From: a phage
Reading direction: 5' to 3' (one strand)
DNA: 64,000 nucleotides
NCBI GenBank assembly: GCA_026066175.1
Contig: GCA_026066175.1_4721.2
Part shown: positions 1 to 9,325 of the stretch, one piece after another
How positions within the stretch are numbered: the first letter of the stretch is position 1
Layout of the letters: every line of letters begins with the position of its first letter
Translations under genes and position numbers: made by a program
Notes under the pieces: generated by a model
Databases searched by the model: none
What the model was told of the DNA's origin: nothing
What the model saw: only the letters and a program-made list of their open reading frames with translations

Positions 1-1773
1 TTCACGAATCACGTTCATGATCGCAGCGGATACTTCAGCACGACGTTCTGCAGTGGTGGTACCCTGAACGGATTTCTCCAGGTCCAGATCGATTTCTTCG
101 AACCACGGACGAATCAGGTAACGACCGAAACCTTCGATCTGAATGTCACCGAACTGACGGAAGCGAGAAGTTGCAACCGCTTTCAGGGCGTCTTTGTAGC
201 TGAACAGTTTCTCAACCATCAGGTTGTCGAAACGTGCGTTAGCTGCTTGGATCAGAACATCCAGGTCAGCAGCGTTTTCTTCCCAATCCAGCGGACGAGG
301 AATGGAGAACGGAGCCAGCAGGCCGATTGCGTAACGTTCTTGCTTCATGTTGAAGTCAAGATGTTTACCGCGTTCACGACGGTTGCTGTTGTTACGACGG
401 ATACGCAGTTCGTAACCCACCAGTTTGAAGCTCAGGTCTTCAGCCAGATCTTTGAATTCCTGGCTCTTACGCGGTTGTTCGATGTTGTCCTGGTCAACCA
501 GACGATACAGTTCAGCGGTAGCGCCATTAACACGCAGACCCGCTTTCTCTACGTTGGAAGAACCGTAAACTTCGATCGCCAGCTGAGCAGCAGATTTCGC
601 ATCGATGATGTCCTGCAGCGCTTCAGCTTTCGCACCTTTAACGTCAACGGTGTTCTCATCAACGAAGATGGAGTGGGTGTCGAACGCCAGGGTCATTTTG
701 CGGAAGTCGCCTTCCAGGGATTTCTGGAAACCGTTGGTGATCAGACCGGATACGTCGAACGGAACGTAAGAGGTTTTGCTGTGCTTGGTGGATTTAATTT
801 CCACCAGGATTTTGGTCAGCGTGATCTGAGCATCCAGCGCGTCAGTGTTGTCGCTGTAACCGTTAGCCAGAATGCTATCGTCTTCAGCGATACCGATCAT
901 GTCGATCAGTTTATCAACCGCCAGGTAAGACGTTTTGTAAGTAACGCCTTTGATTTCGATGTCGCGCGGAGCAACGATGGTTTTATCAACGAAGTACTGC
1001 GCGTTAGCATCGTCAGCACGGTAGATCGGATGCAGATCGGTCACGTCGTTGGACAGAACGTCGTTGTACATGAACGCATCCAGCAGCGGACGACGTACCC
1101 AATCAGCCGGAGTACCATCACCGTTACGACGCAGGTGGTTGAACACCAGCGGACGACGGAAGGAAACGTCATAACCGATCTGGTTCGGAGCCAGAACGAT
1201 GGTGTTGTACAGTTCGTTACCCATGCGGCTCAGACGAGACGCCTTCACGTTGAACACAACGGAGTACGGCATCATGTCACGCAGTTCTTTCTGGTCGTAG
1301 GACAGCTGAACCAGTTCTTCAGATTCACAACCGCAGGAATCCGCAGCCATCATGACGAAGTTAGCGCTGTCAACATCACGGCCGGACGGCGAGGTGCTGA
1401 TGTTCATGGAACGTGCTTGTTTAGCATATTCCACCGGGTTGCCATGTGCCAGCATGATCAGCGCTGCAGCGCGAGCCTGCTGTGCGTTCATGGTGAACAG
1501 CTGTTCTTCAATACGTTGCTTCTCTTCCGGAGTTGTGGTTTCGAAGCCCAGCATGGACAGAACCGGTTCTTCAGCTTTACGGATGTCGCTGCTGAAGCTC
1601 TTAACATCCATTTCGTTAACCAGTTTGTCCATGGATTTGAAATCAACCTTAGAAGCAGATTCCATAGACAGGAAGGTGTTTTCCAGACCTTTGTCTGCTG
1701 GTTTGCTACCATTAGCGGTCAGGAACTGGCGAGTGGCCGCGACCTGTTGGCTAAGAAGGGTTTTATCATTCAT
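1..1773 (-). CDS. abundant virion structural protein, partial (C-terminus beyond window start); major capsid protein is a size-compatible guess only
   Basis: Open minus-strand frame from ATG (rc of 1771-1773) to the window edge, 591 codons; AAGGA SD about 9 nt upstream; extreme E. coli-type optimal codon bias (CGT, CTG, AAC, GGT, GAA). The listed plus ORF 247-1776 is its antisense shadow. Confidence 0.8.
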   Translation of the reverse strand, partial: MNDKTLLSQQVAATRQFLTANGSKPADKGLENTFLSMESASKVDFKSMDKLVNEMDVKSFSSDIRKAEEPVLSMLGFETTTPEEKQRIEEQLFTMNAQQARAAALIMLAHGNPVEYAKQARSMNISTSPSGRDVDSANFVMMAADSCGCESEELVQLSYDQKELRDMMPYSVVFNVKASRLSRMGNELYNTIVLAPNQIGYDVSFRRPLVFNHLRRNGDGTPADWVRRPLLDAFMYNDVLSNDVTDLHPIYRADDANAQYFVDKTIVAPRDIEIKGVTYKTSYLAVDKLIDMIGIAEDDSILANGYSDNTDALDAQITLTKILVEIKSTKHSKTSYVPFDVSGLITNGFQKSLEGDFRKMTLAFDTHSIFVDENTVDVKGAKAEALQDIIDAKSAAQLAIEVYGSSNVEKAGLRVNGATAELYRLVDQDNIEQPRKSQEFKDLAEDLSFKLVGYELRIRRNNSNRRERGKHLDFNMKQERYAIGLLAPFSIPRPLDWEENAADLDVLIQAANARFDNLMVEKLFSYKDALKAVATSRFRQFGDIQIEGFGRYLIRPWFEEIDLDLEKSVQGTTTAERRAEVSAAIMNVIRE

Positions 1774-1922
1774 TGAAAGTATCCTTTACAGATTTAACTT
1801 ATATAAGTCGGTCGATAGACCATAGCGTACACGCGTGCATGCGCCACTATAGTATCAGTAAACACTTACCGTTATTGAGGTTGTGATACAACACTAAAAA
1901 TGCCGCATAACTTTTCCCTACG

Positions 1923-2543
1923 TCACAAACGACGCAGGCGATAATGGATGGAACGATTGGTGCAATATGAACGGAACAGCGGTAATTGCGCAACTTCCGC
2001 AAGACTCATATTAATTCGCAGATGTTCGATAACCGCGCTGTAGTTATCGGCGATACGATCGCTCAGTAACTCTTCTGCCAATAAAGGAAGACAATCGACA
2101 ACGATGGCGATCACATCCTCATTAACATAACGCACCCGAACATTGAGTGGACGTTTGTCTGGGCCGTAAGTTGGATCCGCCAAACGACGTTCAATATCGC
2201 GTGGATAGCTCGTCAGTAAATGGTAATAACCATTGTCATAACGATTGATGTACTCACACAGCACATCAACATTCTTCTCTGGCGGCAAACCTGTTTCGTC
2301 ATAGTGATACGCAAACATACCACCAAGCAGGTTGTTAAGATGAACCGCAGGGTTCGCTTGTTCGTGTTCTTTCGTGATGAAGAAAGGCACGTTCTGGGCT
2401 GCGAAATAAAAACCTACATCATTGGGCGATAGTATGCCGAAAAGACTTTTAGGGTCTAATAACACCTGTAAGTCATCACGCGCATTTCGAATAATCGCGT
2501 GTTCTACCCAATTCGGAACGACGAGATATCGGAGTTCCTTCAT
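1923..2543 (-). CDS. hypothetical protein (206 aa)
   Basis: ATG start with AGAGG SD; divergent from the plus-strand gene starting at 2583. Confidence 0.65.
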   Translation of the reverse strand: MKELRYLVVPNWVEHAIIRNARDDLQVLLDPKSLFGILSPNDVGFYFAAQNVPFFITKEHEQANPAVHLNNLLGGMFAYHYDETGLPPEKNVDVLCEYINRYDNGYYHLLTSYPRDIERRLADPTYGPDKRPLNVRVRYVNEDVIAIVVDCLPLLAEELLSDRIADNYSAVIEHLRINMSLAEVAQLPLFRSYCTNRSIHYRLRRL

Positions 2544-2582
2544 TATGATTACCTCTTTGCAAGTATCGAAAGGATTGAGTCG

Positions 2583-4193
2583 ATGGACCCAAAACAGATA
2601 GCCATTAAGATTATTACGTTACTGTTTCGTAATGCACAATTGAACCATCCCGATCCCAGTACGATCGAACATGTTAAATCCGTCTTAGATAAAATCGAAC
2701 CCCCGAAAAACCATCTCACCGTTGATGTGGATAGAGAGGTTTTCAACAACCTGATGAACACCATTCATTGGATGTTGGAACAACCGTTATCGGAACCTTT
2801 CGATAAACAACAGTTGCTACAAAGGATACGTTTAGATTGCCTGGAACAAAGCCACGTTTACGAAATTCTCGCCGACGGATTGTACGATATCGAAGACGAT
2901 GCTCATATCAGTAAGGTCTGTTCGCTTTACTACAATGAATTACGTAATCTGATTACCCGTCGTCGTGTATTTGAAACCTTTAAAAACACGTACATGGATA
3001 TCAGTAACGGCCGCCTTGGGGACAAAGAATTTTTCGACGCGATGGCGAATTTGAAACTATCGCTAGATACCATCGAAATGGATACTGAAAACCCCGAAGA
3101 AATGTCCTGTATGATTGACGGCTTCATCGCTGATAGTGAAGACGATATTGAAAAAGTCGAACGTATGTTCGTTAAGGCGATGGAGCGTAACAGTCCTGAA
3201 GGGGGATTTGTCACCGGCTGGCAGGGGTTTAATAAAATGTTGGGGTCGGTCGGCGTATTACGTCGTGGTACTCTAGGATTGATTGGCGCGATGCAACACC
3301 GTAATAAATCAGGGGTGTTATTAAAACTTTTCACCCACCTGGCGTTGTACAATAAACCCCATTTCTTTTTTCCGGAGCGCGCAAAGAAAGCCTTATTGAT
3401 TCATCTCTCAACAGAGAACGAAGTTGAAGAAAACACGCTTCAAATCTACAAGAACATGCGAGAACAGGAAACAGGTGAATATGTCGATATTCGTAAGATT
3501 GACCCACGTGAAGCTTCACGCTATGTACTGAACGTTTTCAATAATGCGGGGTTCTCTGTCTGCATGCGTCGTGTTGATGGAATGAGCTATAAACAACTTG
3601 CTAACCTTATCGACCATTTTGAACGTATGGGTTATGAAGTTATGGCTTTGTTCATCGACTATCTAAAAATGTTCTCGTCAGAAGGATTAGATAGGAATGG
3701 GCCTACGGGCGCTTGGCTGCAAGAACTCTTCAACAAAGTACGTAACCTCTGTAGCGTTAAACGTATTTTAGGTATGACCGTACACCAGTTGTCTTCTGAT
3801 GCGAAGATGCGGGCACGTGATGGTAACGATGAAGAATTTGTTGACCAAGTCGCCGGTTTAAGTTACTGGGATGGATGTAAAGGGATTGACCGTGAGATTG
3901 ACCTTGAGGTAATTGTTGATATCGTTAAGGAACCTGGCAAACGTCAAAGCTGGCAGGTCTTTGCGCTAGGGAAAGACCGTCAACCGGATAACGGCTCAAC
4001 AAAACCTGAAGATAAACATTTTGCGATGCCGTTCCAAACCATCGGGATGCTTCCTGACGATTACGGTAAGAAAGCGGTGTATTGCCGCAAGGTTGGCGGA
4101 CAACCGGTCTCTGAAGGAGGCAAAGGTCCGTGGAACAAGTTTGATGAACATGCCGCACCGAGTAATGAACTACAATTTGATTTAGAATTCTAA
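2583..4193 (+). CDS. putative DnaB-like (SF4, RecA-fold) helicase homolog with deviant Walker A
   Basis: ATG at 2583 with AAAGGA SD (the listed 2499 start is GTG and would overlap the divergent gene). Motif order as in DnaB C-terminal domain: LIGAMQHRNKSG (P-loop-like, Asn in place of the conserved Gly), MALFIDYLKMF (Walker B / H2), TVHQLSSDAKMR (H3-like), GIDREIDLEVIV (H4-like). Confidence 0.6.
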   Translation: MDPKQIAIKIITLLFRNAQLNHPDPSTIEHVKSVLDKIEPPKNHLTVDVDREVFNNLMNTIHWMLEQPLSEPFDKQQLLQRIRLDCLEQSHVYEILADGLYDIEDDAHISKVCSLYYNELRNLITRRRVFETFKNTYMDISNGRLGDKEFFDAMANLKLSLDTIEMDTENPEEMSCMIDGFIADSEDDIEKVERMFVKAMERNSPEGGFVTGWQGFNKMLGSVGVLRRGTLGLIGAMQHRNKSGVLLKLFTHLALYNKPHFFFPERAKKALLIHLSTENEVEENTLQIYKNMREQETGEYVDIRKIDPREASRYVLNVFNNAGFSVCMRRVDGMSYKQLANLIDHFERMGYEVMALFIDYLKMFSSEGLDRNGPTGAWLQELFNKVRNLCSVKRILGMTVHQLSSDAKMRARDGNDEEFVDQVAGLSYWDGCKGIDREIDLEVIVDIVKEPGKRQSWQVFALGKDRQPDNGSTKPEDKHFAMPFQTIGMLPDDYGKKAVYCRKVGGQPVSEGGKGPWNKFDEHAAPSNELQFDLEF

Positions 4194-4218
4194 AACGCAA
4201 AAAAAAAATCGTACGGTT

Positions 4219-4250
4219 CCCTCCTCCAACCCGGAAGGGAAGGAGGAGGG
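4219..4250. terminator. conserved palindromic hairpin CCCTCCTCC-AACCCGGAAGGGAA-GGAGGAGGG between convergent genes
   Basis: 9-bp GC stem, internal AA/AA, CCC/GGG, GGAA loop; an A10 run at 4199-4208 gives a U-tract for the minus-strand transcript. Confidence 0.6.
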
Positions 4251-4267
4251 TTATGACCGTTATGGTG

Positions 4268-4594
4268 TTAACTTATCGTCATGAATTCCGTAGGTGAGAA
4301 TTTCCAACCGTTTTCATTGAGAAGCGTGTTAAGTTTCGCTGCAACGATAAGCCATGCGTGCATGGCTGTCACATCGTATTGGCGATTAACACGGCGTTGG
4401 TTTTCGATATCGATTTGCTCCCGTTCGGTGATGTTTGGGTAGAGCGCGACGGCGCTGGGCTTCCCTAACGCATCACTCATTACCGCCTGACATTCACTGA
4501 TGATGTTATTGAGATGATAATTGTAAACCGTTCCACGCATAACACGATGACGGCATTCAATAATAGCGTCGTAAATAATTTCTCTTGTTGTCAT
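4268..4594 (-). CDS. hypothetical protein (108 aa)
   Basis: ORF in the minus-strand block, start 6 nt after the upstream stop. Confidence 0.55.
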   Translation of the reverse strand: MTTREIIYDAIIECRHRVMRGTVYNYHLNNIISECQAVMSDALGKPSAVALYPNITEREQIDIENQRRVNRQYDVTAMHAWLIVAAKLNTLLNENGWKFSPTEFMTIS

Positions 4595-4600
4595 GATCGA

Positions 4601-5002
4601 TTAAAACACACGTTCGTTTTTAGCACGGGCATCCATAACCAAATCGTAGATACCAGCTGTTCGTAAACATTCTTCGTAATAACGGTGCGTACCTTCCTCC
4701 GCCATCCACGATAACCCACGACTATCGGCAACAATAACCAGTTTGTTATTGTTGAATGCGCATACCACACGGTAAGTCGCATTGTTGTTTGGATCACGTG
4801 TAATCAGTTCGTAAACACCATTAACCGGTTTACTGAATTCACCGTTCAGCGGAATAAGTTCCGTTGTACCTTCAGCAAACGTTACATTGATTGATGCTGG
4901 CTCTTTAGCAATGACGGTGTATTCCACGTTGTGTTCTTTACTGGTCATGATACCGAAATAAGAACTTACTGGAGAACGTGGTACACTAAGAATATTAAAC
5001 AT
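4601..5002 (-). CDS. hypothetical protein (133 aa)
   Basis: ATG start; same operon block. Confidence 0.6.
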   Translation of the reverse strand: MFNILSVPRSPVSSYFGIMTSKEHNVEYTVIAKEPASINVTFAEGTTELIPLNGEFSKPVNGVYELITRDPNNNATYRVVCAFNNNKLVIVADSRGLSWMAEEGTHRYYEECLRTAGIYDLVMDARAKNERVF

Positions 5003-5065
5003 GAATGTTGTCCTCTTAATTGGATATAGATTGTTGGTATGTATTTGAATAAGGTTGGTTTACTT

Positions 5066-5635
5066 TTAGACGATGAGCGTCCAGGTGGTCAGTACACCGC
5101 TTGCGAATTCAAGCTTAAGACGTTTACCAATAAGCTGTTGTTGGATCATCTTTTCCGTGATCCGACGATCGTGTTGAACGGCTTTATCGAATGCCTCTTT
5201 TGCTTCGGCTTGATAAAAGTTCGTTTCTTCGTTCTCGTCGATATCTTCGAATGCATCATCGTCGATATCAGCAAGTTTTACACGGCCGTTTTCATCGGGT
5301 TGTTCGGCCGGTTCGTTGTCGTAAGGCGTGTCTTTTGTCGGTGCGACACGGTGCTGTAGTTCAACCTGGGTTAGCATCACTTCCATCTCACCGTCGATAG
5401 GGATGATGTCATCAGCACTACCGTTTTCGGTTAGCTCTCGACTTTCCAGTAACGTCGTAGTAACAGTGAACACCTCCTCGACAGGAACCTCATCATCGTC
5501 GATGGTGTTAACCGTACCGCTGGTCACTTCGGCAACAACCATCAAATCGAATGCGTGAGGGTCGCCGGGCATTTTGATCCCAGGAAGTTTGTTGAGATAC
5601 CAAGGATCAAGAATCATGATTTCGGGATTAAACAT
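5066..5635 (-). CDS. hypothetical acidic protein (189 aa)
   Basis: ATG start; D/E-rich product. Confidence 0.65.
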   Translation of the reverse strand: MFNPEIMILDPWYLNKLPGIKMPGDPHAFDLMVVAEVTSGTVNTIDDDEVPVEEVFTVTTTLLESRELTENGSADDIIPIDGEMEVMLTQVELQHRVAPTKDTPYDNEPAEQPDENGRVKLADIDDDAFEDIDENEETNFYQAEAKEAFDKAVQHDRRITEKMIQQQLIGKRLKLEFASGVLTTWTLIV

Positions 5636-5710
5636 CGTATTTACCTTTTTATGTTAGGTGGGTTGCGGATGGAAGAATCAATGCATAGTCTGATTTAAGT
5701 TTGTTAAGAC

Positions 5711-6544
5711 TTACTTAGCTTTCGGATTATACGGACTAACATGTTGTTGCATTCGTTGGATTGTTTCGTAGTACGGGTTATAATGAGTGAACATATTGTT
5801 GTATGGATGGTAGCCGTAAAGCGCATTTTGCCTTGCCGGTGAGAAACCTTTTTGAGAAGGACGATTTGAATTTACTGCGAGCACGTAGTAAACCAAATTT
5901 TGATGGTCGAATGTTCCTTCGTTTTTGAAGGTGTCAGCATAGGCGCTTACCGCAGGAGCAAGTCTATCACCATCGGTTGTAATGATCGTACCATCCGGGT
6001 AAACTTCTCGAACGATACACCATGTTCCGATGAGAACATCTTCGGGTGTCTTATTACTGTATCCGACTGTAACGGTAAGGTAAGTATCGAATCCTCCTGA
6101 GCGCTGCGGATGTCGATAAATTGGGCCAGTCGTTTCTGCTTTATCGGTTACGGTTTTTTCGTAAGGACACTTCTTGATTGCTTTGATGTAAATATCGGGA
6201 ATCTCTAATACCGCCTTATCAGGATGAATTCTAAAATGATTCTTGAGTAAGCCCAAAAGGTTGGTTGCTACCACGTCGTGAGGTAGTACCCAATAACTGG
6301 TAGGGGAGTCATCGCCGTCTCTCTTGGAGAAGATGACTGCCTTGTTATCGTCGTCTGGTAGACTGAAGAAAACGATTGACTCAATAGGCATAGCCAGCTC
6401 ACCACAACAGGGGTCAGCGGATAACACCCAATTGTATTTGTTGTCCGTTTCGTATAAATGTTCTGTTCTGTCGATACTACGATCCTTCAATTGGATGTAG
6501 CGTTCACGTTGTTTCTTGGTTAATTTACGGTAGATAGTGGTCAT
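5711..6544 (-). CDS. hypothetical protein, paralog family of 5711/6630/7431 genes (277 aa)
   Basis: N-terminus MTTIYRKL; shares VREVYPDGTIITT and PIYRHP...YLTVT segments with the 6630 gene product. Confidence 0.75.
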   Translation of the reverse strand: MTTIYRKLTKKQRERYIQLKDRSIDRTEHLYETDNKYNWVLSADPCCGELAMPIESIVFFSLPDDDNKAVIFSKRDGDDSPTSYWVLPHDVVATNLLGLLKNHFRIHPDKAVLEIPDIYIKAIKKCPYEKTVTDKAETTGPIYRHPQRSGGFDTYLTVTVGYSNKTPEDVLIGTWCIVREVYPDGTIITTDGDRLAPAVSAYADTFKNEGTFDHQNLVYYVLAVNSNRPSQKGFSPARQNALYGYHPYNNMFTHYNPYYETIQRMQQHVSPYNPKAK

Positions 6545-6588
6545 GTTAAGCTCCTTGATTACGGTAAGGATGATTTCGGTTTTGTGAT

Positions 6589-6617
6589 GATGGTAGGACC
6601 ACTTTGTTTAGGATCCT
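6589..6617 (-). terminator. imperfect hairpin GGTAGGACC...GGATCCTACC between paralog genes
   Basis: 7-9 bp stem in the intergenic gap. Confidence 0.3.
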
Positions 6618-6629
6618 ACCAGTACGGGA

Positions 6630-7403
6630 TTATTCATGATCAGTGTAGAAATGGTGAGGATAGCCGGAGTACGATCCTGCGTTACCGGCTATGGATTCTT
6701 TCTGGGAATCGACGACGAGCGCGTAGAACTGTCGGGAATTTGTTAACGTTGAGAAATAAGAGGAAAGGACTTTTTCGTTCAACGCATCGCACGGTAGACA
6801 GGTACGCCCACAGAACGTCGTAATACGGCCATCCGGATAGATCTCACGGATCATACGCCATTCACCGATATCAACCGGCGATGGCGCTGCTACACCACCT
6901 GTTATCGTTAAATAACGATCATACGTGGTATGACATTCTGGATGTACGTAAATTGGCTTATTGGCCTCAACTTCTTCAGGAGCATAGCGTCGACCGAGAA
7001 GTTCAATAACCTCCAGATAGATTGTAGGCAGATCGCAAAGAACCCCTTCCTCTTTACGTTTCTTCGTGATTCGAGGACGAACCTCATTGATAACGTAGGC
7101 GAGTTCATTCAGCGCTTCTTGCGCTGGTAGCACGAATAAACGGTCCGGTTTGTCGGACAAGTCTTCATTTACGTAAACGTAACAAACATCGTCTTTAGGC
7201 GCGTAGAAGAAGCGAGAGACCTTAAAGGTTTCCGTAGTACGATAACCGAGACGCGTTTGGTCCTGCACCAGAGAAAATATCCAGCGACGTCCTTCGTCCT
7301 GTTCAATGATATCATTGAACATCTTTGTTTGATCAGGAAGTTGATATTCTTCCTGTAATTTAGCAAGTGCTTCATTATCCAGTTTGGTGTAAACATCAGT
7401 CAT
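6630..7403 (-). CDS. hypothetical protein, paralog of 5711 gene product (257 aa)
   Basis: N-terminus MTDVYTKL; IREIYPDGRITT and PIYVHPECHTTYDRYLTITGG align to the paralog; Cys cluster CGRTCLPC. Confidence 0.75.
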   Translation of the reverse strand: MTDVYTKLDNEALAKLQEEYQLPDQTKMFNDIIEQDEGRRWIFSLVQDQTRLGYRTTETFKVSRFFYAPKDDVCYVYVNEDLSDKPDRLFVLPAQEALNELAYVINEVRPRITKKRKEEGVLCDLPTIYLEVIELLGRRYAPEEVEANKPIYVHPECHTTYDRYLTITGGVAAPSPVDIGEWRMIREIYPDGRITTFCGRTCLPCDALNEKVLSSYFSTLTNSRQFYALVVDSQKESIAGNAGSYSGYPHHFYTDHE

Positions 7404-7430
7404 GATAGTATCCTCGATTAGTAAGGTTGG

Positions 7431-7835
7431 CTAGTCTATCTTAAGCCAGATTGATGGTAAATGGAAATAGACACCGTCGTCTATTTGTTTTTGTGTTAAC
7501 GGGGTTGGAAGTTTAGTGATGATGTTGTCGATCGATTCCTCAATGTCACTTGTTAGAACGTCGATGTGGTAATAGCGAGCGATGCGTCCGTTACGTTCTA
7601 GCCAAAACAGACGAACGAAATCACTATTTTTATTAATCGCATTCATAAACACGATTTGATGAAGCAGGATCATTCTTGACGAGGGGTAATCGTCAGGACG
7701 CGGAGTCATCACCAGTTCCCAACGTTTCCGTCGCACGCCTTTTTTGAATTGACTCGTTACATTTGAACCACTTTTACCTAAGTTTATAACAAATTGCTTT
7801 AGACGATACGGTGTGTTTCTGTAAATATCGGTCAT
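7431..7835 (-). CDS. hypothetical protein, short member of the same family (134 aa)
   Basis: N-terminus MTDIYRNT; first gene after the TATATTAC repeat. Confidence 0.65.
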   Translation of the reverse strand: MTDIYRNTPYRLKQFVINLGKSGSNVTSQFKKGVRRKRWELVMTPRPDDYPSSRMILLHQIVFMNAINKNSDFVRLFWLERNGRIARYYHIDVLTSDIEESIDNIITKLPTPLTQKQIDDGVYFHLPSIWLKID

Positions 7836-7854
7836 TGATTATAGCTCCAGGTTA

Positions 7855-7886
7855 TTATCACTAAGGTAATATAGTCGTGAAATAAA
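7855..7886 (-). promoter_or_regulatory. 32-nt promoter-like repeat; minus strand reads TTTATTTCACGACTATATTACCTTAGTGATAA
   Basis: Identical 32-mer recurs at 48100-48131; contains TATATTAC; lies 20-50 nt upstream of the 7835 start. Confidence 0.45.
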
Positions 7887-7919
7887 CTGGAGTAATAGAA
7901 ATAATAAGACGGCATAAGA

Positions 7920-7950
7920 CCCTCTCCCAACCCGGAAGGGAAGGGAGAGG
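7920..7950 (-). terminator. conserved palindromic hairpin, variant CCCTCTCCC...GGGAGAGG
   Basis: Same architecture as 4219-4250 with compensatory stem changes; follows the stop of the 7956 gene. Confidence 0.55.
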
Positions 7951-7955
7951 AAGTA

Positions 7956-9323
7956 TTAAACGGTTGGACGAACGGTGTTGTCTTTTTCCGGTGCAAGCCA
8001 GAGTGTGACGGTACCGTGGCAGGTCCATTGGGGTTCACGTACAGAAGAACCCGCCATCGTAACAGCGCAATCGGTACGCATAACAACGCCGTAAGCTTCG
8101 CAAAGGTTATTGTCTTGCATCCAAACAACTTTAGCAGGCATGCCAGGATACAGTAAATCCATGTTGGCATGTTCCCATACCAACTGCATCGTTCGACCGC
8201 GTAACCCAGCAGTATTACTTAATTCCCGCCAACGGTTATCCGTTACCCGGCCCATCCCTTTTGCTACCTTCACGTTATCACTACGTTCTTCCGTCACATA
8301 CTCGCTTACGTTCACGGTACGACTGATGATCGTATCACCGCCCTTCGATAACGTCATTCCCTGGCTCATCTGACTCGCTGAAACAAAGCGTCCACCCGCA
8401 TTACCTAACAATGAAGCTGCGTTGCTGATATCGCTGACCGACGCACCTCGTGTACACGCGATCTCCACGTATTTGTCACGATTGATCCAGGTATTTTCCA
8501 TGCCGGGAAACATATCGGCCGGATAATTGTAAAAAATCGCCGTACGTCGACCGTCGGAGAAACGGGTTTCGTCATACAGAGGGTAGATATACAAATACGG
8601 TGATTGGTAATAGCAACCAACGTCCGCTGAATAAATACCGACCTGGTTCTGGATCTTATCAACAAGATCCATCGCGTTGGTACCATGAGGAAGAATCAAT
8701 AACTTGAACAAATCATTGTTATTCGGTGCGACAATATCAACACCCTGCATTTTGAAGCCGGTATCCGCTTCAACAGCAGAAAGGATTTTACTGAATTCGA
8801 GTCGCAGTACATCCAGAACTTTCGATCCAGTATAGTTCTCACCGGTTTCTGACTGCATGAAGCTTTCAAGAACAGGATCGAACAACTGGAATTGAAGATC
8901 GACCATCTGCTCGTAATCTTTCTTCGCAGAATCGGTTGCAGTACGTTCATCGGTTGCGGACATACGACTGTCTACGGTGGTTAAACAAACTGCCCGATAG
9001 ACATAAGCTTGTGCGGCATCGTCTACGGTTTGGCGTTGTCCACGCATCAGACTGTACGCCTGCACGATGACGCGCATTTTAAGTTGTTGCTGGTACGGTA
9101 AAATGTATTTTCCGTAACTGCCCGGAGGGAACTTTACAGAGATATAAAGTTCATCTCCTGCGTTACGTTCATAGTCTCGATACGTGTGGACTTGAGTCAC
9201 TAAAGGAACAGACACCGTCATTGACGGCGTGATTAATTCCGCGGTGACTTTATACGCAACAGCAACTGCTTCCTGCGCAAATGTACCGATATACCGTCCT
9301 AACGGCGTCTGTTTGTAATCCAT
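7956..9323 (-). CDS. hypothetical protein (455 aa), possibly virion-associated
   Basis: Long ORF, ATG start. Confidence 0.8.
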   Translation of the reverse strand: MDYKQTPLGRYIGTFAQEAVAVAYKVTAELITPSMTVSVPLVTQVHTYRDYERNAGDELYISVKFPPGSYGKYILPYQQQLKMRVIVQAYSLMRGQRQTVDDAAQAYVYRAVCLTTVDSRMSATDERTATDSAKKDYEQMVDLQFQLFDPVLESFMQSETGENYTGSKVLDVLRLEFSKILSAVEADTGFKMQGVDIVAPNNNDLFKLLILPHGTNAMDLVDKIQNQVGIYSADVGCYYQSPYLYIYPLYDETRFSDGRRTAIFYNYPADMFPGMENTWINRDKYVEIACTRGASVSDISNAASLLGNAGGRFVSASQMSQGMTLSKGGDTIISRTVNVSEYVTEERSDNVKVAKGMGRVTDNRWRELSNTAGLRGRTMQLVWEHANMDLLYPGMPAKVVWMQDNNLCEAYGVVMRTDCAVTMAGSSVREPQWTCHGTVTLWLAPEKDNTVRPTV

Positions 9324-9325
9324 GT

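Noticed and set aside
247-1776. 509-aa plus-strand ORF
   Set aside because: Antisense shadow of the codon-optimised minus-strand gene; translation is low-complexity and lacks a ribosome-binding site. The same applies to other long antisense ORFs inside large genes (for example 13969-14616, 15613-16362, 22880-23305, 25049-25501, 32357-32869).
4591-4797. 68-aa ORF overlapping the 4601-5002 gene in another frame
   Set aside because: Same-strand out-of-frame overlap with a better-supported gene; no SD.
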